A DNA stretch of 64,000 bases from the NCBI RefSeq assembly GCF_009914755.1, contig NC_060927.1; one strand, 5' to 3'. The notes beneath the pieces are model-generated. The model did no database searches, was not told the origin of the DNA, and saw only the letters and a program-made list of their open reading frames with translations. Shown here one piece after another: positions 42,836 through 57,432 of this stretch (position 1 is the first letter of the stretch; every line of letters begins with the position of its first letter). The position numbers were made by a program, and so were the translations under genes. Source of the stretch: the human T2T-CHM13v2.0 reference genome, Homo sapiens.

Positions 42836-45564
42836 TGAGCCCTCTCCTTTTATCCTGACTTCTTTCTCACTTTCTGCCTTTTCTTGAAGAACAAGAAAAG
42901 CAACTCCAGTGGAAACCACTTAAGCCTGCAATTTAGCTCACAAATTGTCCCCAGCATCCTTGTATCTCCTTCTCCAACTCCTTTTTTTTTTTTTTAACCT
43001 TAGCTCTTCCTGATGATTGTGAGCATAGCTCAGAGTAATGCCAACTGTTGCTGTATCAGCTTAAATCAGTGTGGTACCTGGTGATGGGGCACAGTTGAGG
43101 CAGGCACTACGAGCTTAGACGAGCCTTCAGCCCCAACTGAAAGGGATATATTGTGGAGCACTCACGCATTCTATAGCCCCCTCCTAATCCCTCAAGAATC
43201 CCAGGCTGGGAATGGCTGCAACTTCAGGATTGTAAAGTTGTGTAAACACATCTTTACATTGACTACATCATGGTCCAACGTAACACTTTGAAACAAAGGG
43301 CTTGAGTGTGTCCCTGTACCCCTTCATTCCTGAGTTAAAAACAAAGCTCCATCAGTCGACTCATATTTATAGAGTGCTCCCTGCTCATCTCCTTTCAGTC
43401 CTTCCGCTTGCCAGGGTAAGAAAATTTAGTGCAGACGATCCCAGCCTTCCCAGACTTCCCTCCTCCTTCCTGACAGAATTAGTTGTTGCCCCCCACCCCC
43501 CATGTTTTATCATAGCCCTTTGCACACTGTGTTCCCCTTATTTATATGCTTGTCTCTCCAGTTGACTCTGAGCTTCTTGAGGTTGGGAACATCGTTTGTG
43601 CCTGTCACATCTTTATGGGCCCAAGAATAGAGATGATAGGCAAAAGTGGAGTAAAGAATAAAGGAAGAATAAACATTTTTAAAATCAGTCTCCAAAGAGT
43701 TTTCCTTCTGGCAGGTAAGACAAGGCATACAGTGAGACATGAGGCAAGGCAGTAAGTAATAAGGGTCAGAATAAAAAGGAAAAAGAAAGCGACTGTTGGA
43801 CTTGGCTGAGTAGGTTGATAGCAAGCTAGTAAGAAACATGAGTAGGTATCAAATAGACACAGGTGCAAAAACAGGGCTGAGAAAGGTATGTCGGAAGGGA
43901 TGTCTAGTTCCAAAGTGTGCTGAGATTAAGGAATTAGAAATGTAAGCTGAGCTCCAGATACTGGAAGACTTTTAGTATCAAACAAACAATTCCATTTTTT
44001 TCTTTTGTCTAAACATTAGAGATGGGTACACAAAGAATATTTACCTGGTTGGAATGTCCAGAAGGACTGTAGTGGACTGGAACTCATGGAAGGGAGACCC
44101 AATGGAAACTGTAGAAACAGGCTTACACAATAGCAGAGGAAACCCTTAATAGTTATTTTAATCAAATAAGATTTTCATTTAAAAGAATGAAAGAATTAAG
44201 AAGACCACAATATAAAATGTAAGGAATAAAGTTTATAGAGAGCAACTGGCATCGGAGACAGAATTCACAGGTCAGAAGAGAACTTACAAACATAAGTTCC
44301 AGTTCTTGGAGAGATGCAAGAACATACTGCTCCTATAAGTTAAGAACAGGTTGTTTGTTCATCAGAAAATAGAATTTTATGCCTTACGGTTCACATGAAG
44401 AGTTGTGAATGAAAGTATGAGCAGTGCAAAGGAACAATGAGGGATGCCGGGACACCAAAGACTAGCAACGGGAGGAAGCCATGACTACCACAACTGCTGA
44501 AAGGACAAGGGCAAAACAGCATTACTCAAAGCCACTGGCAGCCACAGTCACGGAGGCCAAGATGACTGGTGGGAGATGTAGTTGCAGAAGGACACAGTTA
44601 CTATCCTCTGGCAAATAAAGGAGGGAATGAGTATACTCACCTCCTTCTCTTCACACCCTGTAAACTTACACTAATGCCTCCCATTGAGCAAACACCAGGG
44701 AGGAAGTCCAGGAGACGCAAGACAGAGACGGGAAGAAGTTGAACCTCAGGCAAAACAAAGATTACCCAACACAAGGCTGTATAAAAAAGGAAAAAATCAG
44801 TTTAAGAGGCAAGAGCGTCATTGGAAATTAAGAATATGATTGGTAAAATTTTTTTAAAAAAATACAAGAAATGGAAGGCAAGGCGCCAAACATTTCCTAG
44901 GACAAAAAGATAAGGAGGTGGAAAATATGAGAGAAACGTCAGGAAGCACAGAAGAGGGGTCCCAGAGAGAGCTCTGAGTTTAATAAACACCAAGGGTATG
45001 GTGTCTGCAAATGCTCCAGGGAAAAACACAAGCAAAAGGAAAGAAATGCAACCTGAAAATTCTTTAGGATTCAATAACACGTAATGATAAAACAGTTTCT
45101 TTGCCCCGAGTCCTTGGAGCATAAAAAAATCTGGGACAATCCGTTCCCTTACCACATCAGAAAAGCAACTTTTTGTTTCGAAAGGTCTGTGGTGAAACAC
45201 AATTCCATGACGTTAATCAATTTATTTCAATTGGGAGTGAAGCATAAATGAAAAGTTCCTATTTCAGAACAGACCGTGAAAATGTGAAGATGTTATTATT
45301 TCCAAGCTAAAAGGAGATGTGAGATTCTCTGCCTGGCACATTTCAGAAAGGTACAATCAGCCGGGGCAGGGGAATAGATTTAAAATAGAAAAGTAATGGG
45401 AAAAGTGCTTTCCATGTAACAGACAGGGTGGTGGATGAAAACCTATCCCCCTAAAGCCCACTTTATTAATATACATTTTACTAGGCACTTTGGAAAGTTT
45501 GAAAATCCACATGCTTCTCATTTCCCATAGCTTCTGGGTCTAATTACATATTTGCATCCATTTG

Positions 45565-45568
<4 letters not shown>

Positions 45569-45602
<34 letters not shown>
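45569..45602. repeat. (CA)17 microsatellite
   Basis: Read directly. Confidence 0.95.
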
Positions 45603-45605
<3 letters not shown>

Positions 45606-46777
45606 CTCATCCAGTGATATAGATAATTCAATATTCAACTTGTCGATCATCACCTTAAAATAGAGATCTAATTATGGAAAAAAATTGTATGCTGTTTTTC
45701 AAATAAATAAAAAGGAGGACACTGATTAAAAATATAACACCCCTCATTGATCAACAGGTACCTTTTTGGTTTTAACCTATCATAAACATGAGGTTTGGTA
45801 CTACATGGTTCTGGCCCTCCCAAATTAACACTGAGCTAGTTCAGGGAACAAGCTCTCACATACCAAATTCTGAAGCTGCCTTTCAGCAGCAATTTGAGGG
45901 ACCAAGAACATAGGCTTTCCAAATGTCTAGAAGCTAACCAGATTCCTCTCTCCTTAATTTAGCCCCTTACATTAGGTGCCCCATGCTCTCTTTTGGGTCA
46001 AAAATAACAGGGACAATTTAATACCCTATGACTGTCCATTAAATATCTGAATTATGAGGATTCAGATGTAAAGTGCAATAGTATTTTAATAAAAGTACAC
46101 TAAATAAGGAAGCTGGTAATAGACCTCTTAACGAAAACGTAGTCAATGGTTCATTTAATTTGATGGCAGAGTCCACTTTCAAATAATCCCAAAAGTGTAT
46201 ATTTTGTAAGAAAAAGGTTGCAGAGTTCACCTCAGGGTATTCTTAAAAAATTGTTTGCACACTGAGAAGACATCAGTGCTAAGAGGCTTTCCTGATTACT
46301 GAAATTTGGTTGGAAGTCTTTTTTATTTCTATTAAATGAATATATACAACCGTTCGGCTGCCTCAGGACATTTATGAAAATGAGATGCTCTGTCTTAAGG
46401 AAGTTAGCTTTAAGAGCGACATTTGAATCATTAGATGCCTCATTGGCTGTTACAAAAACAAACTTCAATCTTCTGCTTCCCCTTTTCTAATATTAGCTAA
46501 CAATAATTAAGTTGCTTAGATAATTCCAGGTGACTCAAATTTCATAGCACGCTCTTCAAAAGGCTAAGGGATCACTTTAAGTTCCTAAAGCCCTAAGACT
46601 AAGTGTGTTTCACTCACTTTGTGTAGCTCCAGCCCAGCATCATGTACCAAAGGGATAACATGATTAAAAATCATCAACTTGTCTTCCGAAATCTGTTTCT
46701 AAACCACAGCACAAGGAACAGACATTTAAATACAGAAAGGGATGGAGAACTACAATCTTTTAAAAGTGCACACTTTA

Positions 46778-47108
<331 letters not shown>

Positions 47109-47718
47109 TCATCTGCCTTTGGTTATTCAACCTATAGTTTATCATGGGAAACAAGATCTTATTCTTATAAAGTACCTGCATATTTTCATTTGCTAGAAAT
47201 TAACCAATTCAGCTTATATCATATGTGGCACAAGGTTTTGTCATGAGGAGGACATTTAAAGAATAATTTAAAAGAAAACAAGTTCAAACGTTCACATAAA
47301 ACAAAATAGCCATCTCTAAGGAGAAAATGGGTATTGCTGATCCTAATGTTAATATTCTAAAATAAATGAAACATTTTTGAAGGGAGTATTCACCACCACA
47401 GCTAAAGAAAGCCACAAAAATTAGTGTATATGTGCCTATATTTATATAGGTACATTTCCCAATTTTATTCTTTTACTATTACAGATAGCTAATTCCTAGG
47501 AAACATTTTCTAGATGTCTTCTTTTATATACCATGTCTTTGGACATTAATTACAGGCAAAGAAAGTAAACACTCACAAGAAAAAGGGAATTTTACAATCT
47601 GATCTTCAATGTTATCTCAAGAAATGCTGTTATAGCTCCTTGGTTCTGGTTTCCATGCACCTGCAAATTGTCCTTTCACCCATCACTTGTAAGTAGTAGA
47701 GGAGCAAGCATACCTGTA

Positions 47719-48062
47719 CAGTCATGCATTGCTTAACAATGAGAAGTTCTGAGAAATGCATCATTAGGCAATTTTGTCATAGCACAAACATCATAAGAGT
47801 GCACTTACACAAACCTAGATAGGTATAGCCCACTATACACATAGGCTATACGCTATATGCTATATGCTGTAACCTATTGCTTTTAGGCAACAATTCTTTA
47901 CTGCATGTTAACATACTGAATACTGTAGATAACTGTAACACAAGTATATTTGTGTATCTAAATATAGAAAAGGTACAGTAAAAATATATTATAATCTTAT
48001 GAAACCTCAGTTGTATGTGTACTCTACCATTGATCAAAATGTCATTATGTGGTGCATGACTG
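47719..48062 (+). mobile_element. Tigger3a (MER7A) MITE
   Basis: TA|CAGTCATGCA ... TGCATGACTG|TA TIRs with TA TSDs; internal ACTTACACAAACCTAGAT. Confidence 0.9.
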
Positions 48063-50678
48063 TATGTGAACATTTCTTGATCATAAAAATAAAGTGTATG
48101 TTGACTTAGTTAGTGCCCTGGCAAGTTAATATGTATGTTGACAAACTATAATGCTTAACATGAGTATGGTTAAAATAACACTATGTGAATATATAAACAC
48201 ATGTCTATACATATACACATATATACCTATATATACACACACATATAAATATATACATGCTTATAAATTACAGTCTGTCTTACATTAGCTAAACTATTAC
48301 TACAGTTTGAGATAAATTTGAGATGTTACAATTGGAAATCTCCTGTTTCAATTTGAGAAGGGAAAATGTTGGCATATTCTCCTGAGTGGAGAAAGAGGCT
48401 TTCTATGTCAGCAGATACTTCAGAGGAACGTTAATGTCTCGAGGTTTCTAGCAAATTAACAGCCCAGGTAACAAAATGCAGGGAACTCTGGCCAGTTGCT
48501 TACTTACTCAGTTGGATCTGGCCACTTCTCCATGTATTCCCACCACACTAAATGGAGCATGAGTCATTTGAGTAATGAGTCAGAAAATGTCTAGCAGCCT
48601 CCGTGCAATAGCAGACGTGATGCTTAAGATAAATTTCAGAGATACTAGGATGGTGTTTTTCATGTCTGCACATCTCTCATTGGTGATGAATAAAATTCCT
48701 TCTCCCTTCCCAAGAGACAAAAACTGTATCATATGCTATCCTGAGGCTCGTTCCAACTCTAAAATTTAAAATTTCAAGCAAAACCTATAGAAAGAGGCAA
48801 ATACAGTGTATAAATGTCTACAATTTGTGTCCTATTCAAAATTAGTTTTTGTGGAATGTTGTCTAATGGATTCAGTGGTCACGTTAATGACAACTTCACT
48901 CCCAAGTACTACATGCCCTGTTAAAGAAAAAATGCTTAAGTGAACAAAAAATTTAAACAAATTTTGGAGTTCAGTGAAATTAATGAATAATCTCTTTTTC
49001 AATCATCCCTGATTTTTTAAAATCACAATACCTAAATTATGATGACAGGAATTACTACTAGACTTTGAGTTTTAATCCCAGTAACATCTTTAGCTGATTT
49101 AAACCTATTTCAACTTCCATTTTAATATTTCATCTCATTTTATCTGTATGGTTAATATTAATTTCCTTTTTGCACCTTCTGGTTGTAGCACAAAGCCAGC
49201 TATACAATAGTTGTGTGCTGCTGAATGGAATTTGAAGGCAATATAAAATAATGTACAGCATCACTGAACTGGGGATTAAAAATCCCAAGTTTGAGTACTG
49301 TCTTGGCAATGCACTGCCTTTGTCACTCAGGTAAGTCACTTCTTCCTTACAAAAGTTTCTTCCATTACAGGTTTCATCTCTCATGACAATTCCTATCAAT
49401 TAGTTGAGGCTGTCTGGAGTAATTAGGCAGGACGCTGGTGGGATGGAGTGCCATGATTGATGAGTGATGCCTGCCAAGGGTGTATGACAGCGAAGTGGTA
49501 GCAATTTTGTCCTGTACTTGGCAATTGTAGATTAGAACAGGGCTGCTCAAATGTGCATCTATCACCAGGAAGCTTTTAAAATGCAGATTCTGATTAAGTC
49601 TGGGGCGGTGGCTGAGATTGCATAGTTCTAATAGGATTCCAGGTGGTGCTGATGCTGCGGAGTTAGAGAGTACACAAGAAGCAAGGCAAAGTCCCTTGCA
49701 GCTCTGAATGAATATGGAATCTCAACCTCTCATTCTCTCTTGCTCACTCGCACACACATTATTTCTACTTTATGTATGTGAAAAGGTGCTTACATATGCC
49801 AAGAATACTGACAAGCACATTAAATACGTAATTCTCATCCTCCCCCACAAAAGGTAGTTAGAAGTTTTCAGGTAAGAAAATGGAGATTTAAAGAGGGTAA
49901 GTAATTTGTCTAACATCACAGAGCTGACAAGTAGTCTAGATGAGAGATGAACCTAGAGAACTTAATTCTAGTACCTTGCTCTTGACCTCTATCATATGCT
50001 GTCTTGATACTGTAACAACATTAGACTGCTTACTTAGTGCCAGCCACTAGGCTGTTTTGTACATATTATCTCCTCTACTTTTCTTAAGAACTCTAGGAGG
50101 TAGGTAATATTTTTGTTTTACAGATAACAAAATTAATTATCCTTCCACTGTCTCAATCTCGGTAAAACCATAGTGATTCCTATTAAGTAAAACATTAGAT
50201 TCATATCTATAATGAACTAAACACAAAGAACAGTAGGCTAATAAAAGCAACATGTATATGCATAAGGCTAAGAGTAAATATATAAAAATATTCTTTTATA
50301 AATTCATCCTACGTAAATGCATTTTTGACAGGTAAACTCAAATGTTTCTGCAGAGTTTAGTGATGAGGTTATCAAAGTCCAAGTGATTATTGGTCCCAAA
50401 CAGAATCCATCAGTGGGATTTACAGTGGGAGAAGTATCAAAGATTCTTTTTTCATCATACTCTTTTACTACCTAAAAGTTCTTTATTAGCAAGCAAATGA
50501 AATAAGATTGGATCAGTAAATTTCCCTGGAGATGAGATTTCAATATAAGCAGGTGACAGTGGATGCTGCACCGATGCACACTTAAGAAGAGCAAACACCA
50601 TTGCAATGTGAGGGCAGGATTTTTGCTTTACTTTGTTTAAAAAAACAAAAGTGTGCTTCAAAACCTAAGGGTCTGAAG

Positions 50679-50862
50679 CAGTGATTCTCAACCTTGGCTG
50701 GAGGCTGCACTTTGGAATCAAGTGTGTAGAGGGGACTTAAAAAATACTGATGCCTAGATCCCCTAGAGATTCTGATTTATTTGGACTGGGGTGCAACCGA
50801 GACATCAGGATATTTTTAAGCTTCTTAGTTTTTAAATGTATAACCAAGGTTGAGAATCATTT
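50679..50862 (-). mobile_element. MER5B-like MITE
   Basis: CAGTGATTCTCAACCTTGGCTG...AAAAATACTGATGCC...AGAGATTCTGATTTA...CCAAGGTTGAGAATCA. Confidence 0.75.
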
Positions 50863-51970
50863 GAATATAGGCATACCTGTCCCATGTGGGGGGCGACTAG
50901 TCATTAAAGGCATGAATGTCTAATTGATGAATGCCCTCGTCAGAGCAGACTGGTGGCATTCAGAGAGCAGCAAAGACTTTCTCCCTTGAAGTTAAGCTTA
51001 AATTTCATAAGTAAGTCTATTTTAACAGAAAATTTTATAAAACATTTGTAGATAGTCTGAACTACGAAAATCATTTTCTCCCCTTACCAGAATTATTTCC
51101 ACTGGAGGGCAGTCTCCTCTTGGGAAGAAATGAATGCGGATACAACCTTCTTAACAGACCAAAGTTTAAAATATTGACTAAGACTGTGGCATTCACATGG
51201 GTTTCATTTCAAGACAATTTCTGGGAGATGGAGTATTTGGGATAAAAAAAAATGTGTATTCTATGTGAAGATACTGCCAAATTAAAGGTTTATTTCTGTC
51301 TGCTAAAACTAAAAGGATAAAAGCTTAACCCAAAAGATAAACACATCCACATATGGAAGACCCTGGGGTGTACAAACATAACAACAACAAATAGAAAGTA
51401 GCATTTATTATAGGTTTACTGTGTGTCAGATCCTGTACTAAGCAATTTAAATATCCTACTTGATTCTCAGAACAAATCTATATTTTATAGGTAAGAAAAC
51501 TAAAGCTGAGAAGTGTTCAAAGAAATGTGTCCAATACCACATATCAAAAAAGTAGCTGAGCTAGGACTTGAACCCTATCTGCCTGACTTCAAAACCAGCC
51601 CTTGCAATCACCAATGATACCGCTTTACTGCTTGAGTGAGAAGCAACATGGTCCCTATGCGTAAGACAAGCGTCTAAATCAGAACATGTCAACACAAGAA
51701 AACAGGAGGAAAAAACTCTCTTTACACAGCATTAGGTAATGAAAGAAACTGAAAGGAGGTGATTCGGGCAGAATGAGAAATTCCTTATTCTCCTTACTGG
51801 TTTTATATTTTAACAGTTTTCACAAGCTGTTTTTGGTTCCTCTTCATTTCTTATGCAAACCCTTTCCAATCCATTAAAAATAAATTTGGCATTCCCATTG
51901 CTATGTCTTCAGCCGCTGTACAGAACCTTGGACTAGCTGGTCATATTCCTCAGAGACTTATTTCCTAGAT

Positions 51971-52332
51971 CAGGGGTTGTCAAACGTTTTCTGTAAAGAG
52001 CTGGATAGTAAATATTTCAGGTTCTTCAGGCCCCACGGTCTTGGCTGCAACTACTCAATTCTGCCAGTGTAGCATGAAAGCAGCCAGAGATGATGTGAGG
52101 ATATAGATGACAGACGATATGAACAAAAAGGGCAAGACTGGATTCCAATAAAACTTTATTTATGGTCACTAAAACTTGAGTTTCACATCATTTTCATGTG
52201 TCACCAATTATTATTCTTCTTTCTATTCTTTTTCAACCATTCAAAAATGTAAAAGTTATCTTTAGCTTATGAGCCACATAAAAACATGCTGTGGCCTGGA
52301 TTCAGTGGGCAGGTGGTAATTTGCCAATCCCC
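51971..52332 (+). mobile_element. MER58B
   Basis: CAGGGGTTGTCAAACGTTTTCTGTAAAG...CAATAAAACTTTATTTATGG...TTTGCCAATCCCCG. Confidence 0.82.
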
Positions 52333-52741
52333 GTCCTGAATAAGGTGTCCTGTATTCATTTGCCATAACGCAAAGGTCTTGTCACAAAGATATCTAGCAA
52401 TGGCTCCATGCTCAAAGAGCAAATGTATCCCCAGATACCATCAGCTAGTATTTCAGAATCAGCTGCCTTCCCCCAAACCACTTTTTGCTATTGTATACAA
52501 ATTCTCTCAGTAGTAAAAGTATCCCAGTTAAATCACATCAGCACTCTGGGAAATATTCTTCTTGGGGAAATATTACAGAATCTGGAATCTGAAAATGATC
52601 CAGAAGGTCACAGAGGGCTGTCATTTCCCAAAGGCATTCTCCAGAGCCTCCAAGCTCCTCACAGCTGCAGATACAGGTATAGGTACAGTTCCTTAGAGAA
52701 AATAGCTCCACAGAATGACCAGGACCTAAGAAAGCTCTTAG

Positions 52742-52958
52742 CAGGGGTGTGCTAGAGCCATCTCCTATCAGCTCATAGAAGAACTCATTATATTTTTCAG
52801 CATTTTGTGAGCCAGTTGACATGAGTTGATAACCTGAAATTGGCCATGGTGGGAGCATCAGCACCACAGAAATTCAGAAATGTGTATTCACAAGTGTTAC
52901 AAATTAGGCTTTTTTTCCCCTCTGAGAGCAATTGTTAAACATTGGCCAGCATACCTCT
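52742..52958 (+). mobile_element. MER63A-like (hAT-Blackjack)
   Basis: CAGGGGTGTGCTAGAGCC...GAAATTGGCCATGGTGGGAG...TTGTTAAACATTGGCCAGCATACC. Confidence 0.7.
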
Positions 52959-54402
52959 ATCCATTACCCCTTTCCAACAGACAAACTCCTCTTAGATCTG
53001 TTTTACACATACACACATACAACCCTCATGAGCTGCGGTGGCGGTGGCAGTAACTGTGGGTTCAGGGAAAGGAAAGAATTTCCCCAAGTAATAAACAAAT
53101 GTATTTAGGATTAATCACCATTTTAGATCATCCTTGAGTTACTACTCCCTTTGGAATCCCAAATGCATTCCCCTTTTATATTAAATATGGTCAACTGGAG
53201 ACTAAGGAGTTCAATCATTTTTGCATAGGATCAGAAATTTATCAGAATCTTTTATCTTCAATTATCTTCTGTAATTTTATGTGTTCATCTAACATGGACA
53301 AAAGGAAAGAAGTTACAAAGTCCTGCACTGCATTGTACAACTGTGATCCAAGAGGTGCCATTTTCACTTCTGCATCATGCTAATTATCCATGAGCCTATT
53401 CCCTTTTTTATTTTTGCTACTACTGAATGAAGATCCTTACAATGTAATATCTAGCAATGTTCTAATGTTCCTGAACTATATATTATTTGTTTTTAAGCAA
53501 GAGGCTCTCTGATTATTTCTGGTTCCTGGTCTCACTCCACTAAACTACATGAGCCCATAAACCTAATCTAAACAAATCATTTTGAATTTATTTTTTCTGC
53601 ATTTGCTGCCTTCATCTTAGTTTTGCATCACTTCAGGCATCAACAAAACTATTTTAATACAATCCTTTCCCTCTACTTCTGCAAGATTAGAAAATAAAAG
53701 AGAACATTTATAGCTACTAGGTGAGCTGGAATATCTAAAAAGGGATTATATCCCTCCCTATTTGTCAATAAATATGACAATAGTTCATGTGAGAGTAAGC
53801 TGAAGCTGAGTGGCCTATAACTAATTCTGAAAATTTCTAAGCTTTAGAAAAGGATATCCAGGACTTGAATGCTCCTGAAACGATACAACACATTCATGCG
53901 TAATCAGAGATACGTAGATTCAAATAAATCTACCTCTACAATCTTCAGAAAGCAATTTTTGGAGTCAGACACAGGTGCATTTTGTTAGAGTTTACTGAAA
54001 CTCTTTACATTGTAAAGCTGTAGTGGTAGTCACCCTTAAGTTATTCATAGACAATTTCAATTATTTATTCATAGACTCACATGATGTTATTTTTCATTCA
54101 GATCCAAAGCTTGTTACACATTCTGCAACAAAATATTTAATGAAATTCCAAGACTTAAAAAATCTTGCAGTGAAAGCAAGAAAGACCTATCAATACTGAG
54201 TCAACAGAGTGGACCTACCAATTCAACCAGGCTTGGTACCCAAAGGCACAACTCAACATAAAGTTAACATTTCACTATGTAAATTCTAACTCCAGTTTCT
54301 TTTTGAAACACACCTTCCGGTAATCTATTTTTCCTTCTTGATCTGTTCATAAGTCATAGGACAGAATCAATTACCTAGGACCCTTTCATTGTCAATGAAA
54401 AT

Positions 54403-54682
54403 ATATTTCCCAAAGTGGGTTCTGTGAAACACTATTATAGGCATTATTACAGTTGTTTTACTATTTTTTTTAATTCCAGATTTGGATAAATTTGGGAGAT
54501 GTGGGTTTTCACTCCTTGGGGACTTCTCAGAGCCCTTAGTATATTAATGTACATCAGAACTCTCCAAGTAGGGCATTAGAACATACAGTATTATCCATAC
54601 ATTTTAAAACAAAAGAATTTTCTTCTCATGGAGAATCTCATTGGACTAGTATCCCATGAAGCACACTTTCAAGAATGCTGGT
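54403..54682. mobile_element. hAT-Charlie element (Charlie4-like)
   Basis: Imperfect TIRs TTTCCCAAAGTGGGTTCTGTGAAACACTA / CTAGTATCCCATGAAGCACACTTTCAAGAATGCTG. Confidence 0.5.
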
Positions 54683-55057
54683 TTATAAGACACAGCTGAG
54701 ATTTGCATATAGGCACCAAAAGTGGAACCACAGAGAAAGGGGGAAATCATCTGAGATCCCTCTCACATGAGCACACTGGCTGCAGTAAAATGAGCAATAG
54801 AAACTGCTGAGTTCTTTTACATCTATTTCCAGATCCTGTCAAAATGAATAAATAAAGGTAAGCAGGGTAGGAGGACAGCAATCCTGTGAAATAACCTCCC
54901 CCCAGTCTATTTGATAGTTTCCATGACTTGATCATTGACTCATCAAAATAGACAGATGTGCTCTTATCCAGCAAAGTTTAAAGTTAGAGATAAAAACAAC
55001 AACAAAAACCTGAGCTTCACCTTCAGCAAAGAAGTGTCAGCTGGAGACTTTAGAAAT

Positions 55058-55628
55058 TCAAAGAGGTAAAAACAGAACTATCATTCAACCCAGAAATCCC
55101 CTTACTGGATATAAACCCAGAGAAATATAAATCATTCTACCATAAAGACACATGCACAAGTATGTTCACTGCAGCACTATTCACAAAAGCAAAGACATGG
55201 AATCAACCTAAATGCCCAGCAATGATAGACTGAATAAAGAAAATGTTGTATATATACACCATGGAATACTATGCAGCCATAAAAAAAGAACAAGATCACG
55301 TCTTTTGCAGAAATGTGGATAGAGCTGGAGGCCATTATACTTAGAAAACCAAAGCAAGAACAGAAAACCAAATACTGCATGAGCTTACTCATAACTAGGT
55401 GCTAAATGATGAAAACTCATGGATACAAAGAGGCGAACAATAGACAATGGGACCTGCTTGAGGGCAGAGGGTTGGAGGAGAAAGAGGAGCAAAAAAAATA
55501 ACTATTAGGTACTATGCCTAGTACCTGGGTGATGAAATAAACTGTACAATAAACCCACATGACATGAGTTTACCTATGTAACAAACCTGCACCTGTACCC
55601 CTGAACCTAAAATAAAAATTTTAAAAAA
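55058..55628 (+). mobile_element. Older L1PA (about L1PA13-16) 3' end
   Basis: CATTCTACCATAAAGACACATGC...GTTTACCTATGTAACAAACCTGCAC...AACCTAAAATAAAA; AAATTCAAA on both flanks. Confidence 0.88.
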
Positions 55629-55707
55629 TTCAAACATCCTGCCTAGGATTACAAATTTATTAAAAAATTATTTCCTTCCATCTAAGCTCTCTATCAGAAA
55701 AGTAATC

Positions 55708-56160
55708 ATGGAACCAACCCAAATGCCCATCAATAACAGACTAGATAAAGAAAAAGTAGTATATATACACCACGGAATACTATGCAGCCAAAAAAGGAAT
55801 GAGATAATGTCATTTGCAGGGACGTGGATGAAGCTGGAAACCATCATCTTCAGCAAACTAACACAGGAACAGAAAACCAGACACCACATGTTCTCACTCA
55901 TAAGTGGGAGCTGAACAATGAGAACACATGAACACTGGGAGGGGAACATCACACACTGGGGCCAGTTGGCGGGTGGGGAGCAAGGGAAGAGAGAGCATTA
56001 GGACAAATAGCTAATATATGCAGGGCTTAAAACCTAGATGATGGGTTGGTAGGTTCAGTAAACCACCATGGCACACATATGTAACATGTAACAAACCTGC
56101 TTGTTCTTTACTTGTATGCTGGAACTTAAAATAAAATTTAAAAAAAACTCAAAAAGAGAA
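55708..56160 (+). mobile_element. L1PA (about L1PA8-11) 3' end
   Basis: GCATTAGGACAAATAGCTAAT...GGGCTTAAAACCTAGATG; TSD AAAAGTAATCA. Confidence 0.88.
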
Positions 56161-56339
56161 AAAAGTAATCACCTGATATTCACCGGGATAAAGAAAGGAA
56201 TTTAGAGAAATGTCTTTTGTCCCTACAGTTGAGGCGTAAAACCTGACAGTGAGGATGAAGGCCCTTAGAAGCCACGCAGTTCCACTAACAAGCCCATGTA
56301 GTTATTTCTACCTCCATTACCTGCTGCTTTATTAATATA

Positions 56340-56560
56340 ATTAACCACTATTTATTGAGCTTCTGCTAATGCCAGGCACTATGCTAGGCTGTATGCCTAT
56401 ATTTTTATTTTATCCTCTGACCATGGTAACATCGGTTGTCTTATTATCCTGATTTCACAGACTTGGCACAGAGAAGTTCCGTCTCATGTCAAAGATCACA
56501 CAGCCTGGCTGGGGTAGAATCTGTATCAGGAGGCAAGTCTGCCTGACTCCAAAGATCATG
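56340..56560 (-). mobile_element. MIR
   Basis: ATTTATTGAGC...GCCAGGCACTATGCTAGG...AAGATCACACAGC...TCTGCCTGACTCCAAAG. Confidence 0.72.
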
Positions 56561-57269
56561 CAATGCCCCTTCTCCTTTTTTTTTTCCCTTCCACCACTCT
56601 TCTGTCATGCCTTTTCCCTAGCTATTACCATTTAAAAGCAGTTGTGATTAAAAACAAAGGTCAGCTGTCCATAACTTAACTCAAATGTTCTTTCTTCCTT
56701 GCTCTTAGAGACAAATTACCATCTTCCATCATTCACGTGGACCAAGAAGGATTTAGGCTGAGATGATTATGCATAATAATCTGGGTCTCATTACAAGCTG
56801 AGCACTTGGAAGGGCCATTCTCTCAGCCCTTAAGGCAGCTGAACTTGATCATATTTTCATTTTCTTTTCTCCCTATATCCACTAAAGATCAACTGACACA
56901 GAACAAATGAAGTTACTAACAATTTACTGATTTCTTTAAAATATATATCTTCAGTAAAGGAAGAACAAACAGTCAAATGACTGAAATCTAAGTACGGAAT
57001 GTGAAAAATGCCACTCTCTAAAATTCTCAAAGGAAGAGAAGAAAATAAAGAGGGGAAGGAGAAAGAGAGGGGAAGGAGAAAGGGAGAAAAAGAATCGAAG
57101 GAGGGAGAGAGGAATGGAAGGAGGGAAGGAAGGGTATAGAGATCATCTGCATTAGAATCTTCTCAGGCTGGGGGTCCCTGAGCCCACTCCAGACCAACTG
57201 ATTCAGAACCTCTGGGGTGGGATCCAAGACTGCATTTGCACACACTCCTCTCGTGACTATAATTTTTTT

Positions 57270-57432
57270 AATTCATTTATTTTTGAGACAGGGTCTTGCT
57301 CTGTTGCCTAGGCTGGAGTGCGGTAGCATGATCATGGCTCACTACAGCCTCAACCTCTCAAGCTCAAGTGATCCTCTTGGCCTCAGCTTCCCAAAGTGTT
57401 GGGATTACAGGTGTGAGCCATCATGCCTGTTC
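57270..57432 (-). mobile_element. Short AluJ/FRAM-like element
   Basis: GAGACAGGGTCTTGCTCTG...ATCATGGCTCACTACAGCCTC...CCCAAAGTGTTGGGATTACAGG. Confidence 0.8.

Noticed and set aside
44150-44960. Possible old L1M/LTR mosaic
   Set aside because: Looks repeat-derived but too diverged to name a family or set boundaries by eye.
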